Origin: Carpediemonas membranifera BICM
Taxonomy: Eukaryota > Protista > Fornicata
DNA length: 64,000 bases
Direction: 5' to 3'
Assembly (NCBI GenBank): GCA_019828565.1
Contig: JAHDYR010000025.1
Location: 682,001-746,000, forward strand
Position numbers and translations under genes: made by a program. Of this stretch, positions 43,617-53,795 are shown in pieces. Position 1 is the first letter of the stretch; the number at the start of each line of letters is the position of its first letter. A model generated the notes under the pieces. It ran no database searches, was not told where the DNA came from, and worked only from the letters and a program-made list of their open reading frames with translations.

Positions 43617-46600
43617 TCACCTGGCCATACTCACCGCCCCCTCGACATCCATGCCCAGTGCGGGCGGCCTCAGCTCCCAACGGAGGGTCGTATCGTACTC
43701 AAACTCCCCTGCCATCTCGCAGCAGACGGTTACCCTCTTGCCGACTGGAACGGCAGTCACGCCGACGGGCTCGGCCCCGTCAAACAGTACCAGATGCCAT
43801 GGTCCATCGCCCCCGCGGGCCTTGATGTGGATAGGAATGGCGATCTCCCGCGGCCTGTCATGAGCAAACGACTCGACTTCGACTGTGAATTCCGGCATCT
43901 GCCGGAGTTTCCGGAAGTCGTCGTCGTCGAATCTCTTGAGCCTTCCCCTGCTCTCGTGCTTTGCCTGGTGTATCAGCTTGGGCCAGGCCGGGAGTCTGCC
44001 CGGTGTGAGCGGCCGCAGACAGTCCCTGGGGTCCGAGTCCCACCACACTTCGTTGTAAATGGCCTGTGTCAGCATCACGACGCTGAGTGCAGCCTTTGAA
44101 GAGACGAGCGCCGAGAGATACGTGAACAAGGCCGCCAACACTCGGCCGAGCTGGTCTTGAATGGAGTGGAGGTCCAGGAAGAAGTCCTCGACAGGCAGCG
44201 TTGGGCGTCGTGAGCGGGGAGTGAGCACGTATTGGAGGAGGAGGAAGGTCTTGGTGAAGGGCGACTCCCACTCCTGGCCGGGGAACGGGAACCGGAAGGA
44301 CGGGGCGATGCGGGCCATCTGTTCGTCCTCCTCGTGTCGGACGGGCAGCTCGGAAAACTCGTGGGAACAGGAGACAAGCCACAACAGGTCCTCCATCGTC
44401 ATGGTGTCGAAGGAACCGGAGGTGCGCGCCTTTTCCCACAGTCTGATGGTGCGATGGGACAGGTAGTAATGCGAGGCAATGGCGCTGGCGTCGGTCGGTG
44501 TCAGGCGCGCGTCGTCTCGGACGAGGCAGCCCGAGGCAACGAGGTCGTCTATATTAGTTTCAATCAATTGATTAATGCTCGACTCGACCCCAGTCTGGCC
44601 CTCGAGGTAGTATGCGGGGTTCTGTCGCATTCTACGCGCCAAGAACGTCATGTCGAGCCACGCCAGACACCCCTGCACTGTGGGCTTGATAGCCCCAGTC
44701 ACGAGCTCGGCGTTGAGGGTGTCAGCGAGGTGGTCGTGCTGACGAACGAGCTCAGACTCGAGCGGGAAGGTCTCAGAGAGGAAGCGCGTGTAGAACTCCT
44801 TCATCGGCGAGTGGCACAGCACCACAGCGACACATGAGTTCGAGAAGTACTGCTGGCGGCCGGCACGACCGACCATCTGCATCACTTCCGTGATTGTGAA
44901 ATCTTCCCAGCCCCCGTTGTGGGCGTCGAAGTACTTGCAGCCCTTCACTACGACCATGTACGCGGGCAGGTTCACCCCCCACGCCAGGGTCGACGTCGTC
45001 ACGAGGACCCTAATCTTTTGATCACGGAAGAGACGCTCGACCACTGCGCGGTCGGAGGCGGGCAGGCCGGCGTGGTGGATTCCGACGCCGTAGGGGAGGC
45101 AGGCCATAAGATCTGGATCTGTGATGATCTCAAGATCTGGCGACATATCGTATCCAGGATCTGTCCAGGTCGACGAGAAGTCCGATGCCTTGAAAGAGAT
45201 GAGATCGTACGCTGTGAGCCGAGTCTGACGCCTGGACGACACGAAGACGATGACAGGCTTGTCGGGGGAGTGGATTTGGATGGCCGCGAAGGTCGGTCTA
45301 TTCATGCTCTTCATTCTGGGGCAGTAGTGGCGGTCAGGGAAGCCGTGGACGTGTAGCTGGCATGGTACGGGCCGCATGGCCGGCGGGAAGTTGAAGATGG
45401 TACGCTCAGGCACTCCTAGCCATGCACCGACGTCGTAAGCGTTCGAGATGGGCGTTGTTAGGCCGACCACCCTGATCTTCTCGCCAGTCGACCGCGCCAT
45501 CATCTGTGTCCTGACTAGGATTGACTCGAGCACTGGCCCGCGGTTTGAAGCAAGGAGGTGGAGCTCGTCGATGATGATCAGCGCCACAGACCGCACGAAG
45601 GAGCCTGTGGTCCAGCGGCGGGTGAGGCCGTCGTACTTCTCGGGCGTCGTGACAATGATACGGGCGTCCTGCACGGCGCGCTGGGAGGCCTTCGCCTCGC
45701 CCGTGAGCTCGACGATTTTCACGCCAGGCAGCGCCTTTCCAAAGCGGGTCTTCCAGTCGGACAGCCGCTCTCTCGTGAGCGACCGCATGGGCGCTATGTA
45801 GATCGCCTTGGCATCAGAGGACTGCCTTAACATGCGGAGTATTGCGAGCTCGGCCATGACCGTCTTACCACTTCCTGTGCCGACCCCTACGAGGACACTG
45901 TCGTCGGTGTGGTAGAGGGAATGGAAGGTCTGTGTCTGCGCCGGGTTGAAGAAGTCGAAGGAGTACAGCTTACGGAACGCGTCGTTGTGCAGGGCCATTG
46001 TGCTCAGCGGGGCGAGTCTCAGCAGCGGGGTCTGAACAGAGACCGTCGTGGGCATGCGGATGGGCGTGAGGTCGATCGACTGCCTACTGTTGACGCCGGG
46101 CATCGAGTCCGAGGACCAGTAGAGCTCGTACTCGGGGGGGAGGGTCCCAGCGGCGAGGAGCAGCGTCTCCACCTTCACGGGCTTGCCCGCAGCCACATCC
46201 CGCTCTGAGACGCTGACCCGCTCACTGAACACGATCTCGTAGGCGGTGGGGTGCGACACCCACACCCACCAGGCCTGGCCATGGCCGAGGGCGCGGTGCC
46301 AGGTGAAGTCGGGGACAATTGTCAACGTCAGTCGGATGATCGAGGACGTGACAGGGACGATACGGGCGGTCACGTCGATCCATGGTATCGCGTGTGCCAT
46401 CCGCACGACCGCTTGGGCAGGCTTGACACCGATGTCGAGGAGTTTCTCCACCGATGAGGCGGAGAGTGTCCTCAGCTGATCGAGCGGCATCTTCTTCTTC
46501 TCCAGCCCCATCACCGCGCCCCGTGTGACCCCGTGAGTGCCGACCCAGGGCCTCAGGGGGGAGTTGAAGAACCAGGACAGCCTATCCGTGGAGAGGCAGA

Positions 46601-49193
46601 GTTCGAGTGTGCGCTCTGCGACAATAGGGTTGCGGCGGGTGATGGCAATCTCGAATATCGCCCTGAATATCCTTGATGCCGAAAGCATGATGAGGTTCTG
46701 GTCGCACATGAGCGAATGCGCAGAGTGGGTCAGTTGCTTGCCACTCACCGCGGCCTGGAGCAGCGCGCTGACCTTGGCCCTGCTCTCGGGGTCCTGCACG
46801 TCCCCCACGGGGAACGGGCACTCCTTGGCGAGCTTAGTCAGGTCCTTGACCTCATCCTGTCGCACTCGGAGCGACTCAAACTCGCGACTACGGCTGAACT
46901 CGTGGATCATCCTCTCGTGCGTGAGGGCGAGCTGGGAATGGAGGCGGGACTCCTCAGCGGTGAGCTCCGTGAACGACACACTCGTCACCTTCTCGTGCTG
47001 GGAGGCGAGGAGGCCGTTGTTGATAGCAGCATAGTGCGTGGCAATCTCCTCGGGCTCGTTTGTCAGCTGGAACATCTCCGCAAACTCAAAGACAGTGTCG
47101 CAGTTGACGTAGTAGTGCGAGGCAATGCGACCAAGGCTAGTAATGCCCAGACTACCGGTCCGACGGTTGTACCGGACCACCCTCCATTGATTCAGATTCT
47201 CCACAACACGCGACATGCAGGCGTGTAGTTCCATCTGGTACTTACCTTGATCTAGTCGACCGTTCGAGTCAGTGACAGATTCAATGCCATAGTGCTGCGG
47301 GTTTGACCGCATTCTGACCGCCATAAAGGAGTCGCCGACCCATGCTGTGGCCTCGTTGAGGCTCGAGACAGTGCCCAGGACGATGGCCGCGTTGAGGTGG
47401 TTATGGAGCGTGGCCATCATGCTTGATTCGATCGGCACCTTATGCAGCAGACGCTGAAGGTAAGGTTCCAGCTGGTCTCGCTTAGTGATGAGCACGCCGC
47501 GGCCTGAAGCGTCGAACTGCGGCCTGCCTGCCCTGCCAAAGATCTGCTCAACGTCGAGCACGCCGATATTCCTCCAGCCGCCGTCCGTGTAGAGCTCCGT
47601 GCCCTTGATGATAACCGTATGGGCGGGCAGGTTAACACCCCAGGCCAGTGTGGCGGTGGAGACGAGCACACGCATGCCGCCCCGAGTGAAAACCTCCTCG
47701 ACGAGGTTACGGTCGCGTCTCAGCAGGCCTGCGTGGTGGAAGCCAACGCCTGAGGCAGCCAGGGTGCGGAGCTGGTTGTGGTTCATCTTCTGAGTGAGAG
47801 AGGCGCTCTTCGCGTCTGCCCTGAGGTGGTTGGTGAGTTCATTGGCCATGTGCGCCTTAGCAGCGAGACGGTACATCGTCTGGGCGGTCTGGATCGTGCC
47901 GTTCCTGGAATGGACGAATACGATCACCTGCTTGCCGTCCTTGAGCGCCTGCTTGACGAAATCGAAACACACGTCGTCGATGTAGTTCTCCCCGGACTTA
48001 CTCGAAGCCAGAGGCCTATCACCCGCCGCCTTGAGCCCCACAAACGTCCGTGCGAGCGGCACTGGCCTGTACGTCATGTCGAAGTGCAGACAGTGCGATG
48101 CGGGCACCCTAAGGAACTCGGCGACGTCTCTATAGTTGGGCAGCGTCGCACTGAGGCCGACGAACCGCACGCGGTGCTGTCTGATGTCCAGATAACGCTG
48201 GGTGCGCATGACCACGCTCTCGACGACGGGGCCGCGGTCCTCGCCGAGTAGGTGGACCTCATCTAGGATCATGAGGGCAAGCTCATCCACGGGGTCATCC
48301 AAGCTCGACTTACGCGTCTGCACGTCCCACTTCTCGGGGGTAGAGACGATGACAGTCGTCTCCGCTAGCTCGGCGGCCGTCAAACTCATGTCACCCGTGT
48401 ATTCCCGCACTTTAAGGCCGAGTGGAGAGAGCTGGGCGGAGAACTTGGCGACAATCTCTGCAGCGAGGGCCTTCATGGGGGCAATGTACACCACCTTGAA
48501 GGGCTCGCCAGCGTGGCGCTTGTAGGTCTCCAAAATGGCCATGAGTGCTACAAACGTCTTGCCCGTGGACGTGGGCGCAGAGAGCAGCACATTCTCGCTG
48601 CTGAGGAAGACTTTGTCGTAAACTGCACTTTGAACTCTGTTGAGAGTTGTGACGTTTTGAAAGCATGCAACCATTTCAGGGGGGAAGACCTCGTCAACGG
48701 GGAGGAGGCGGTCCGAGTTGGACGCGGGAACGGAGGCTGGAATGGTGAAGATCGTCTTCTCAGGTGTATCATCGGTCGCGCTTCCCGCGGGGAGCATGAT
48801 CTTGTTGACACCTCCGGCCAGACCTCCAAGGCGCTTGGGGGGCTCCTCATCGGCGTTAATCCTGTCCTCCAGCTCACGCTCAGCGTCGTTCTTGCGCCTG
48901 AGCTCCGTTTGTGTGAGCTTTTTGTCCTTTTTGGAGACTACTTTGCAGTGTGTAGCAATCGTGCCGACAGTCTCCGAGATCTCGATCCTGGACGCCCGGA
49001 TGAACTGCACACGTTTGGAAACGATCTGAGGAATGAGTTCTATGGCCTCAAAGCCGAGTAGATCCAGCAACTGGCCTCCAATGGCATCATCCGTCGCCGG
49101 GCTTTGAAGAATAGACATAACCGCTTCATAGAGCGTCTGATCATCGAAAGCTGTGGTGCCAAACAGTGGAGACAGCAGCTTGTACAGCTCCAT
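43617..49193 (-). CDS. ASCC3: ASCC3/Slh1 Ski2-like tandem-cassette helicase
   Basis: Two helicase/Sec63 cassettes; HYCPRMKSMNRPTF..I..HSPDKPVIVFVSSRRQTRLTA is ASCC3-type rather than Brr2-type; start taken at MELYKLL. Confidence 0.9.
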   Translation of the reverse strand: MELYKLLSPLFGTTAFDDQTLYEAVMSILQSPATDDAIGGQLLDLLGFEAIELIPQIVSKRVQFIRASRIEISETVGTIATHCKVVSKKDKKLTQTELRRKNDAERELEDRINADEEPPKRLGGLAGGVNKIMLPAGSATDDTPEKTIFTIPASVPASNSDRLLPVDEVFPPEMVACFQNVTTLNRVQSAVYDKVFLSSENVLLSAPTSTGKTFVALMAILETYKRHAGEPFKVVYIAPMKALAAEIVAKFSAQLSPLGLKVREYTGDMSLTAAELAETTVIVSTPEKWDVQTRKSSLDDPVDELALMILDEVHLLGEDRGPVVESVVMRTQRYLDIRQHRVRFVGLSATLPNYRDVAEFLRVPASHCLHFDMTYRPVPLARTFVGLKAAGDRPLASSKSGENYIDDVCFDFVKQALKDGKQVIVFVHSRNGTIQTAQTMYRLAAKAHMANELTNHLRADAKSASLTQKMNHNQLRTLAASGVGFHHAGLLRRDRNLVEEVFTRGGMRVLVSTATLAWGVNLPAHTVIIKGTELYTDGGWRNIGVLDVEQIFGRAGRPQFDASGRGVLITKRDQLEPYLQRLLHKVPIESSMMATLHNHLNAAIVLGTVSSLNEATAWVGDSFMAVRMRSNPQHYGIESVTDSNGRLDQGKYQMELHACMSRVVENLNQWRVVRYNRRTGSLGITSLGRIASHYYVNCDTVFEFAEMFQLTNEPEEIATHYAAINNGLLASQHEKVTSVSFTELTAEESRLHSQLALTHERMIHEFSRSREFESLRVRQDEVKDLTKLAKECPFPVGDVQDPESRAKVSALLQAAVSGKQLTHSAHSLMCDQNLIMLSASRIFRAIFEIAITRRNPIVAERTLELCLSTDRLSWFFNSPLRPWVGTHGVTRGAVMGLEKKKMPLDQLRTLSASSVEKLLDIGVKPAQAVVRMAHAIPWIDVTARIVPVTSSIIRLTLTIVPDFTWHRALGHGQAWWVWVSHPTAYEIVFSERVSVSERDVAAGKPVKVETLLLAAGTLPPEYELYWSSDSMPGVNSRQSIDLTPIRMPTTVSVQTPLLRLAPLSTMALHNDAFRKLYSFDFFNPAQTQTFHSLYHTDDSVLVGVGTGSGKTVMAELAILRMLRQSSDAKAIYIAPMRSLTRERLSDWKTRFGKALPGVKIVELTGEAKASQRAVQDARIIVTTPEKYDGLTRRWTTGSFVRSVALIIIDELHLLASNRGPVLESILVRTQMMARSTGEKIRVVGLTTPISNAYDVGAWLGVPERTIFNFPPAMRPVPCQLHVHGFPDRHYCPRMKSMNRPTFAAIQIHSPDKPVIVFVSSRRQTRLTAYDLISFKASDFSSTWTDPGYDMSPDLEIITDPDLMACLPYGVGIHHAGLPASDRAVVERLFRDQKIRVLVTTSTLAWGVNLPAYMVVVKGCKYFDAHNGGWEDFTITEVMQMVGRAGRQQYFSNSCVAVVLCHSPMKEFYTRFLSETFPLESELVRQHDHLADTLNAELVTGAIKPTVQGCLAWLDMTFLARRMRQNPAYYLEGQTGVESSINQLIETNIDDLVASGCLVRDDARLTPTDASAIASHYYLSHRTIRLWEKARTSGSFDTMTMEDLLWLVSCSHEFSELPVRHEEDEQMARIAPSFRFPFPGQEWESPFTKTFLLLQYVLTPRSRRPTLPVEDFFLDLHSIQDQLGRVLAALFTYLSALVSSKAALSVVMLTQAIYNEVWWDSDPRDCLRPLTPGRLPAWPKLIHQAKHESRGRLKRFDDDDFRKLRQMPEFTVEVESFAHDRPREIAIPIHIKARGGDGPWHLVLFDGAEPVGVTAVPVGKRVTVCCEMAGEFEYDTTLRWELRPPALGMDVEGAVSMAR

Positions 49194-49404
49194 CGCTCCT
49201 AACTCGTGTTGCTTGGCGTAATGACTTTGGCGACTGCCCGAGATGCAACTTCGCGGGAGACTGCCAGAGAGCCGCATACCTTTAGAGGCTTCACGCAGCG
49301 AGGACAAACCCATAGCTGACTGATCCACACACTTAGGGGGCATTCTTCCATCGATTGCCCCACTCATGAAACAGGGCCCCCAATTTAACACGTACAGATC
49401 CTGA

Positions 49405-50665
49405 TTAGAACTTATCGTTCCTGATACGGGGAATATCCCACTCAATCTCCAGATTCCAGTCGACCACCTGATTGCATATAATCTCCCCCGTCTTCAAATC
49501 AATCCGAGTGGGAACATTACGAGGGAACTCCCACATCAATGGCCTGAACCCTCTCTCCAGCAGCACGTCGATGATGAGCCCGGCGACCTCAGGTGCGGGC
49601 GGCTGGGACAGGACCATGCGGAGCTTCCCACTGGCCGCGTGACGCCGGATCATAGGAGACACCTCCGCGTCGATGATGTCCACCGCCTCCTTGAGCTTCT
49701 CGGGGGCTGTGGCCATAGCCTCGTCGAGTCTCCGTGTGAGATGCTGTCTGATATGGTTTGTGAGACTGCTCGCCTTGGGAATGTGCCTGATGGCGCTGTG
49801 GGTCTCGGGCTCGAGCTCCAGACTCGACTGGTACTTCATCTCCTCCTCAATGCGGGCCTGGACAGTTTCCACGGCCCCACCGGCATCGATGAAGTGGTAG
49901 TGGAAGGCGGACTTGAGGCTGTTGAGCGCTGCGAGTGTTTCTTGTTCGTAAACACGGTATCTCTTACGGCATGACTCGACGTCGAGATCAGTGGGGCGGA
50001 CCTCGCGCAGCATGCCGCTCATCTGGCCCTTCTTGATCTTTGCGTTCTCCTCGATTGCCTTCTCCCCACGGGAAACCTGACGGAAGACGGACACGTGCTC
50101 GTTGACGGCAAGGCAGACAATGCGGAACACAGGCTTGCGAGCAAGAGAGCAGGCGTCGGGCGTGCTCCGTCTGTAGTGGTGGTCGATCATGAAGTCGTTG
50201 AGAAGGCGGACAATCTCGGCCTGACCAGTTGTTCTGGGGAAACCGTCGACCACACAACCTTCCTGGTACTCGGCCTTGAGCAGCTCTTCGAAGAGTAGTT
50301 TGACTGCTGCCCTGTCATCGATCAAATAGCCCTTGTTGATGAGGGCACGCATCTCGGGCGTCTTGAACAAGTCAGACATGACGATAGGAGTGGCCGTGAT
50401 GCCGCGGAGCTTGCAGATGAAGGGCGTGTTGGTCCCCTTACCGGCACCGGGGGCGCCGCCGAGCCACATGATCTCCCGCGGGAAGGTAAGCTCCGAGTTT
50501 TCGTGCTCGGCACGAAGTTCATCGAGAATTTCCTGGATAAGTGGTTTAAGGGCGCGTCTTGCATACCTGGAACATGATGATTGTTGTATCCTTGCAGTGT
50601 TGGCTGAGATTAGTGCTCGTGTGTGCGTGCAATGCGACAGAAGGCCTATAATCCTTCAGAGACAT
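49405..50665 (-). CDS. Adenylate kinase (long WLGGAPGAGKG type); 34-nt intron 50533-50566
   Basis: P-loop GAPGAGKGT, VDGFPRT; intron GTATG...CCAG joins MSLKDY...MFQ to EILDEL..FPREIMW in frame. Confidence 0.88.
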
Positions 50666-50962
50666 GGCAGCGTTCGTTAGCGTTGGTGATTGATCACCTG
50701 TGAATGAGCGTGTGAAAGAACCAATGTCCATCTTTCAAAGAGAGCGGGGAACGAAGGCAGGTTCGATCGCGACAAGATCGAAATCCGAGTTGGTCGACTC
50801 AACTTAATGGCAGTCAACCGGGCAGCCCTGTGCGAATGCAGCACCCTCCACTCACGCTGGGGTGACCAGACCCGGGCTGGGGTCGTCATATCAAATGGAA
50901 GAGCGGCATTTATTGCTCGTCGCAGTTCTCTGTCTTTCGTGAGCTGACCCGCGAACTGGCAA

Positions 50963-51301
50963 CTAGCTAGGTGGTGTCTCAGGAGCAGCGCTGCCCTCTG
51001 TGAGCTCAACGAGGAGCTGCCAGTCTGCAGGAGAGTTCAGCTTCACTGCCTCCTTTAGCGCAGAAATTGCTTCGTCGCGTCGGTTGGTAGCGATGCAGGC
51101 ACGAGCCAGGATCTGGTATGCATTAAAGTTGTTCTTGTCAAGAGAGATCGCCTTTCTAAAACACGCAATGGCGTCAGTGAAACGCTTCTTGTTATAGAAG
51201 CCGACACCGGCCCTGAACCACCCAAGAGAGGTATTCGGAACCATACCAAACTTCAATACAAGCCATTCCTCAACATTAGCAAGCTCAATTTCGTGATCCA
51301 T
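50963..51301 (-). CDS. Small TPR protein
   Basis: WFRAGVGFY...FTDAIACFRKAISLDKNNFNAYQILA. Confidence 0.8.
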   Translation of the reverse strand: MDHEIELANVEEWLVLKFGMVPNTSLGWFRAGVGFYNKKRFTDAIACFRKAISLDKNNFNAYQILARACIATNRRDEAISALKEAVKLNSPADWQLLVELTEGSAAPETPPS

Positions 51302-51360
51302 GGTTCGTTTCGTGTTTGCAGTATGAAGTGTGATAATCTGCACATCCACTACTAGCCGCT

Positions 51361-52092
51361 CTAGCCAACCATCAGAGCCTGTACAGGGTTAGTAGCAGGC
51401 CACTTGTTCGCTGCAAACACCAGCAGTCGACGAACAGCCTGCATCGCCCGACGGGTTGGGGCGTGCTTCATGATATGCGCGATTCTCTCATTCTGAAGCC
51501 GGTCAAACGCCTTTGACGCATTATAAATAGCGTCGTCCAACCCAACCGTCCAGTTAGTTTGCCCAATAGTGACTCGGTTGGACAGCTCCTGCTCGGCGTC
51601 ACTGTAGCACCGGGACAGGACCCGAAGACAGACGTCCTTAAGGCCAGCCACGATCTCCTCGTCCGCCTTGTGCTGGTAGAGGGCCTTGAGAAGGGGGCGG
51701 AGGGCGACACGCATGGAGACGAAGGAGGCGCGGCCCGGATCGTCTCGGGGGAGTTTGCGGACGTCGTAGCGCCACTCGACCAAGAGTCTGTAGAGGGTGA
51801 TGAGGACGGTGGTGCTGTTGGTGGCGACAGGCGAGGCCTCGGGCAGCTCGCTGATGAGAGTTGCGATGTGAATGAGGCCGTTGGAAGTCCCAAGGGGATA
51901 TTTGGAAGGATTATTGGTGAATTTGGCGAGGAATGGGGACGAATAGGTGTCAATGGCATCTCCCTGGACCTGGTCACCGGTTTCTGCCAAAAGAGCAACT
52001 GTGCCCTTCTTAGCTGGTTGCACAGCGACCAGTACAGCTGTTTTAGACTGCTTTGTGTGACCACTCCCCTTCAAACGCTTCAACCTGTCCAT
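51361..52092 (-). CDS. PRPF18: Prp18 splicing factor
   Basis: LRPLLKAL, TIGQTNWTVGL, AHIMKHAPTRRAMQAVRRLL.FA..KWP. Confidence 0.8.
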   Translation of the reverse strand: MDRLKRLKGSGHTKQSKTAVLVAVQPAKKGTVALLAETGDQVQGDAIDTYSSPFLAKFTNNPSKYPLGTSNGLIHIATLISELPEASPVATNSTTVLITLYRLLVEWRYDVRKLPRDDPGRASFVSMRVALRPLLKALYQHKADEEIVAGLKDVCLRVLSRCYSDAEQELSNRVTIGQTNWTVGLDDAIYNASKAFDRLQNERIAHIMKHAPTRRAMQAVRRLLVFAANKWPATNPVQALMVG

Positions 52093-52109
52093 TTAAGAGC
52101 TGCAAACGC

Positions 52110-52190
52110 TGTTGCGCAGTATAAACACATTCGTTCGAACCTCCCAGACAGGGCCTGAAAGGAACGATCAAAGTGCCAAACTGTACAACA
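52110..52190 (-). ncRNA. Candidate omegaRNA 3' scaffold hairpin
   Basis: Minus strand: UGUUGUACAGU pairs with ACUGCGCAACA, UCGUUC with GAACGA, CCUUUCAGGC with GUCUGGGAGG; several G-U pairs work only on this strand; starts right after the stop and ends at the element end. Confidence 0.6.
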
Positions 52191-53340
52191 TCATCCGTCC
52201 GTAGACGAATGTTGGCGGTTAGCCAATTGATGATACTGGAATGATGTTTGAAGACGTGGGATCAATGTGCGACTGAACGGAGAGCCACTGAGCTCATCTT
52301 CCGTGGCAAGAGAACGCCACAGGATGTTCTCTGCAGCACTCTTGTCCCGATGATCAACATTCAGAGCATCAGGAACTGTTGCGCGCCACTGAGCACCACG
52401 GCACTGTCGATTTTCGCAGAGCATCACACGATGTGGGTGAACGTGCTGGTCATCACGCGCTCCCGTAGAAGACTTTCAGGCGAATGGGGGTGGCGATGGG
52501 ATGGTGGCGACCGAACTCCCGAGCCAACTGTTGGCCGCAGCGGGCGAAGTGCTTCTGGCGAAGGATGTGGTTCGCAAAGCGCACTCGGCGGAAAGACTTA
52601 CGCATTCCAGCCTCGAAAATGTCGTTCGCGTTGTCCAGCACAAACCTAATAGAGTTGTTGATACTCACTAGTCTTGTGCTCTTGAACGACGCGGCCGTCA
52701 TATCAAAGCCGAAACTTGGCGTCTTAGTGTATCCGCACTTTGGAAGGACGCCGGAGCTGGCGGTGCCATCGGGGTGCCTGATGTAATACCCTCCGATGGA
52801 CCTCGCGCCCGGGTCGAACCCCATGAGGTGGGCATCAGGATCCGGCGCGGGCGGAGCCTCGGCATTATTGGTCCCGAGTCGGGGGCGCTCTTTCTCCCGC
52901 CCTCTCGCTCGCTTTCGAACAGGCATGCTCGCATCATGTTGTGGCCGATAGCGGCCGAAGCCTCTCTTAATAGTCACCGCCACACAGACCCCATCGGTGC
53001 TCAGGCTGAGCAGACGGCCCATTGACCTGGGGTTGTCCCGGTAGCATCTTTTCTGCTCTTCTGTCAACGGTTTGGTGGCGTGTGGGAGTGTGGGATTAAT
53101 TCCCACACGATGACAGAAATTATCATTCAGTAGGCCCATCGTTTCACTGTAGGCCATGAAGCCCGGTCGGACGGGGGCCATGGGCACGATCGGCACGAGG
53201 CGAGGCTGGCGGAGCGACATCGAGTACTCCCCGTTGAAGTGGCTGATGAGGCCACTCAACGTCTCCACTCCGTCAGCAATTGCCCAGACGCAAGAGAGAA
53301 TGCGTGGGGCAGTCTCGGAGACTGGGAGACGATGAACACC
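52191..53340 (-). pseudogene. Fanzor1/TnpB-like RuvC nuclease, internally deleted (RuvC-II Glu and first CxxC missing) and probably N-terminally truncated
   Basis: STDGVCVAV, GFDPG (RuvC-I), RRVRFANHILRQK (bridge helix), VFYGSA then a frame break; HRVMLCENRQC...HRDKSAAENIL (Zn finger half, RuvC-III); 5' limit approximate. Confidence 0.8.
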
Positions 53341-53752
53341 ATTACCAGCATATACAAGTGTAGAAGTGAATTTAATGTGGAATAGAAAACAATGAGACGA
53401 CGTGTGAGCGATTGTGATGTTTGCTGTGCTGACGTCCACGAAGAAGACGCTTTGTGGAAGCCCTGGAGAAGACGATCTCCCTACCGACTTAAGACGTGAG
53501 TAGGAGGGAGACAAGGCAGTGTTGCGCAGTATAAACACATTGTTCGACCTTCAATAGCACAAACGCCAATACCTTAAACTGCGGCATATTAGAGTGCCTG
53601 GGGTGCGGCCGGGGGGCTTGTGGCACTGTGTATCGGCAAGCCAGCATCCATTGGCCCTAGATTTGCTCCCTGCCTTACGAATGGCTCCCCTCGCTCCGGC
53701 ATAGTCGGGTCAACAGTTAAGATAAGCAGTAGCAGTTTAGGGTATCCGGAAC

Positions 53753-53781
53753 AGCAGCAACAGCAGCAGCAACAGCAACAG
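53753..53781. repeat. CAG/CAA microsatellite
   Basis: cagcagcaacagcagcagcaacagcaacag, just downstream of the GT8 stop. Confidence 0.8.
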
Positions 53782-53795
53782 AAACAACACAAGTG

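Larger units (their letters stand above)
52110..53561. mobile_element. Non-autonomous mini-LTR element carrying a Fanzor1 derivative
   Basis: TG...CA ends; TSD AACGC at 52105-52109 and 53562-53566; terminal direct repeats 52110-52150 and 53520-53561 (first 22 nt identical); purine tract 53502-53519; right repeat matches the end of the element-2 LTR. Confidence 0.85.

Noticed and set aside
43617-49445. Brr2 (SNRNP200)
   Set aside because: Second cassette retains ASCC3/Slh1-specific motifs
52110-53561. IS200/IS605, IS607 or TIR DNA transposon as the Fanzor carrier
   Set aside because: No TnpA or serine recombinase and no terminal inverted repeat beyond TGT/ACA; ends are direct repeats matching an LTR, with a 5-bp TSD
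53589-53792. Cys-rich or poly-Gln small protein
   Set aside because: Arises from a CAG/CAA microsatellite with non-ATG starts
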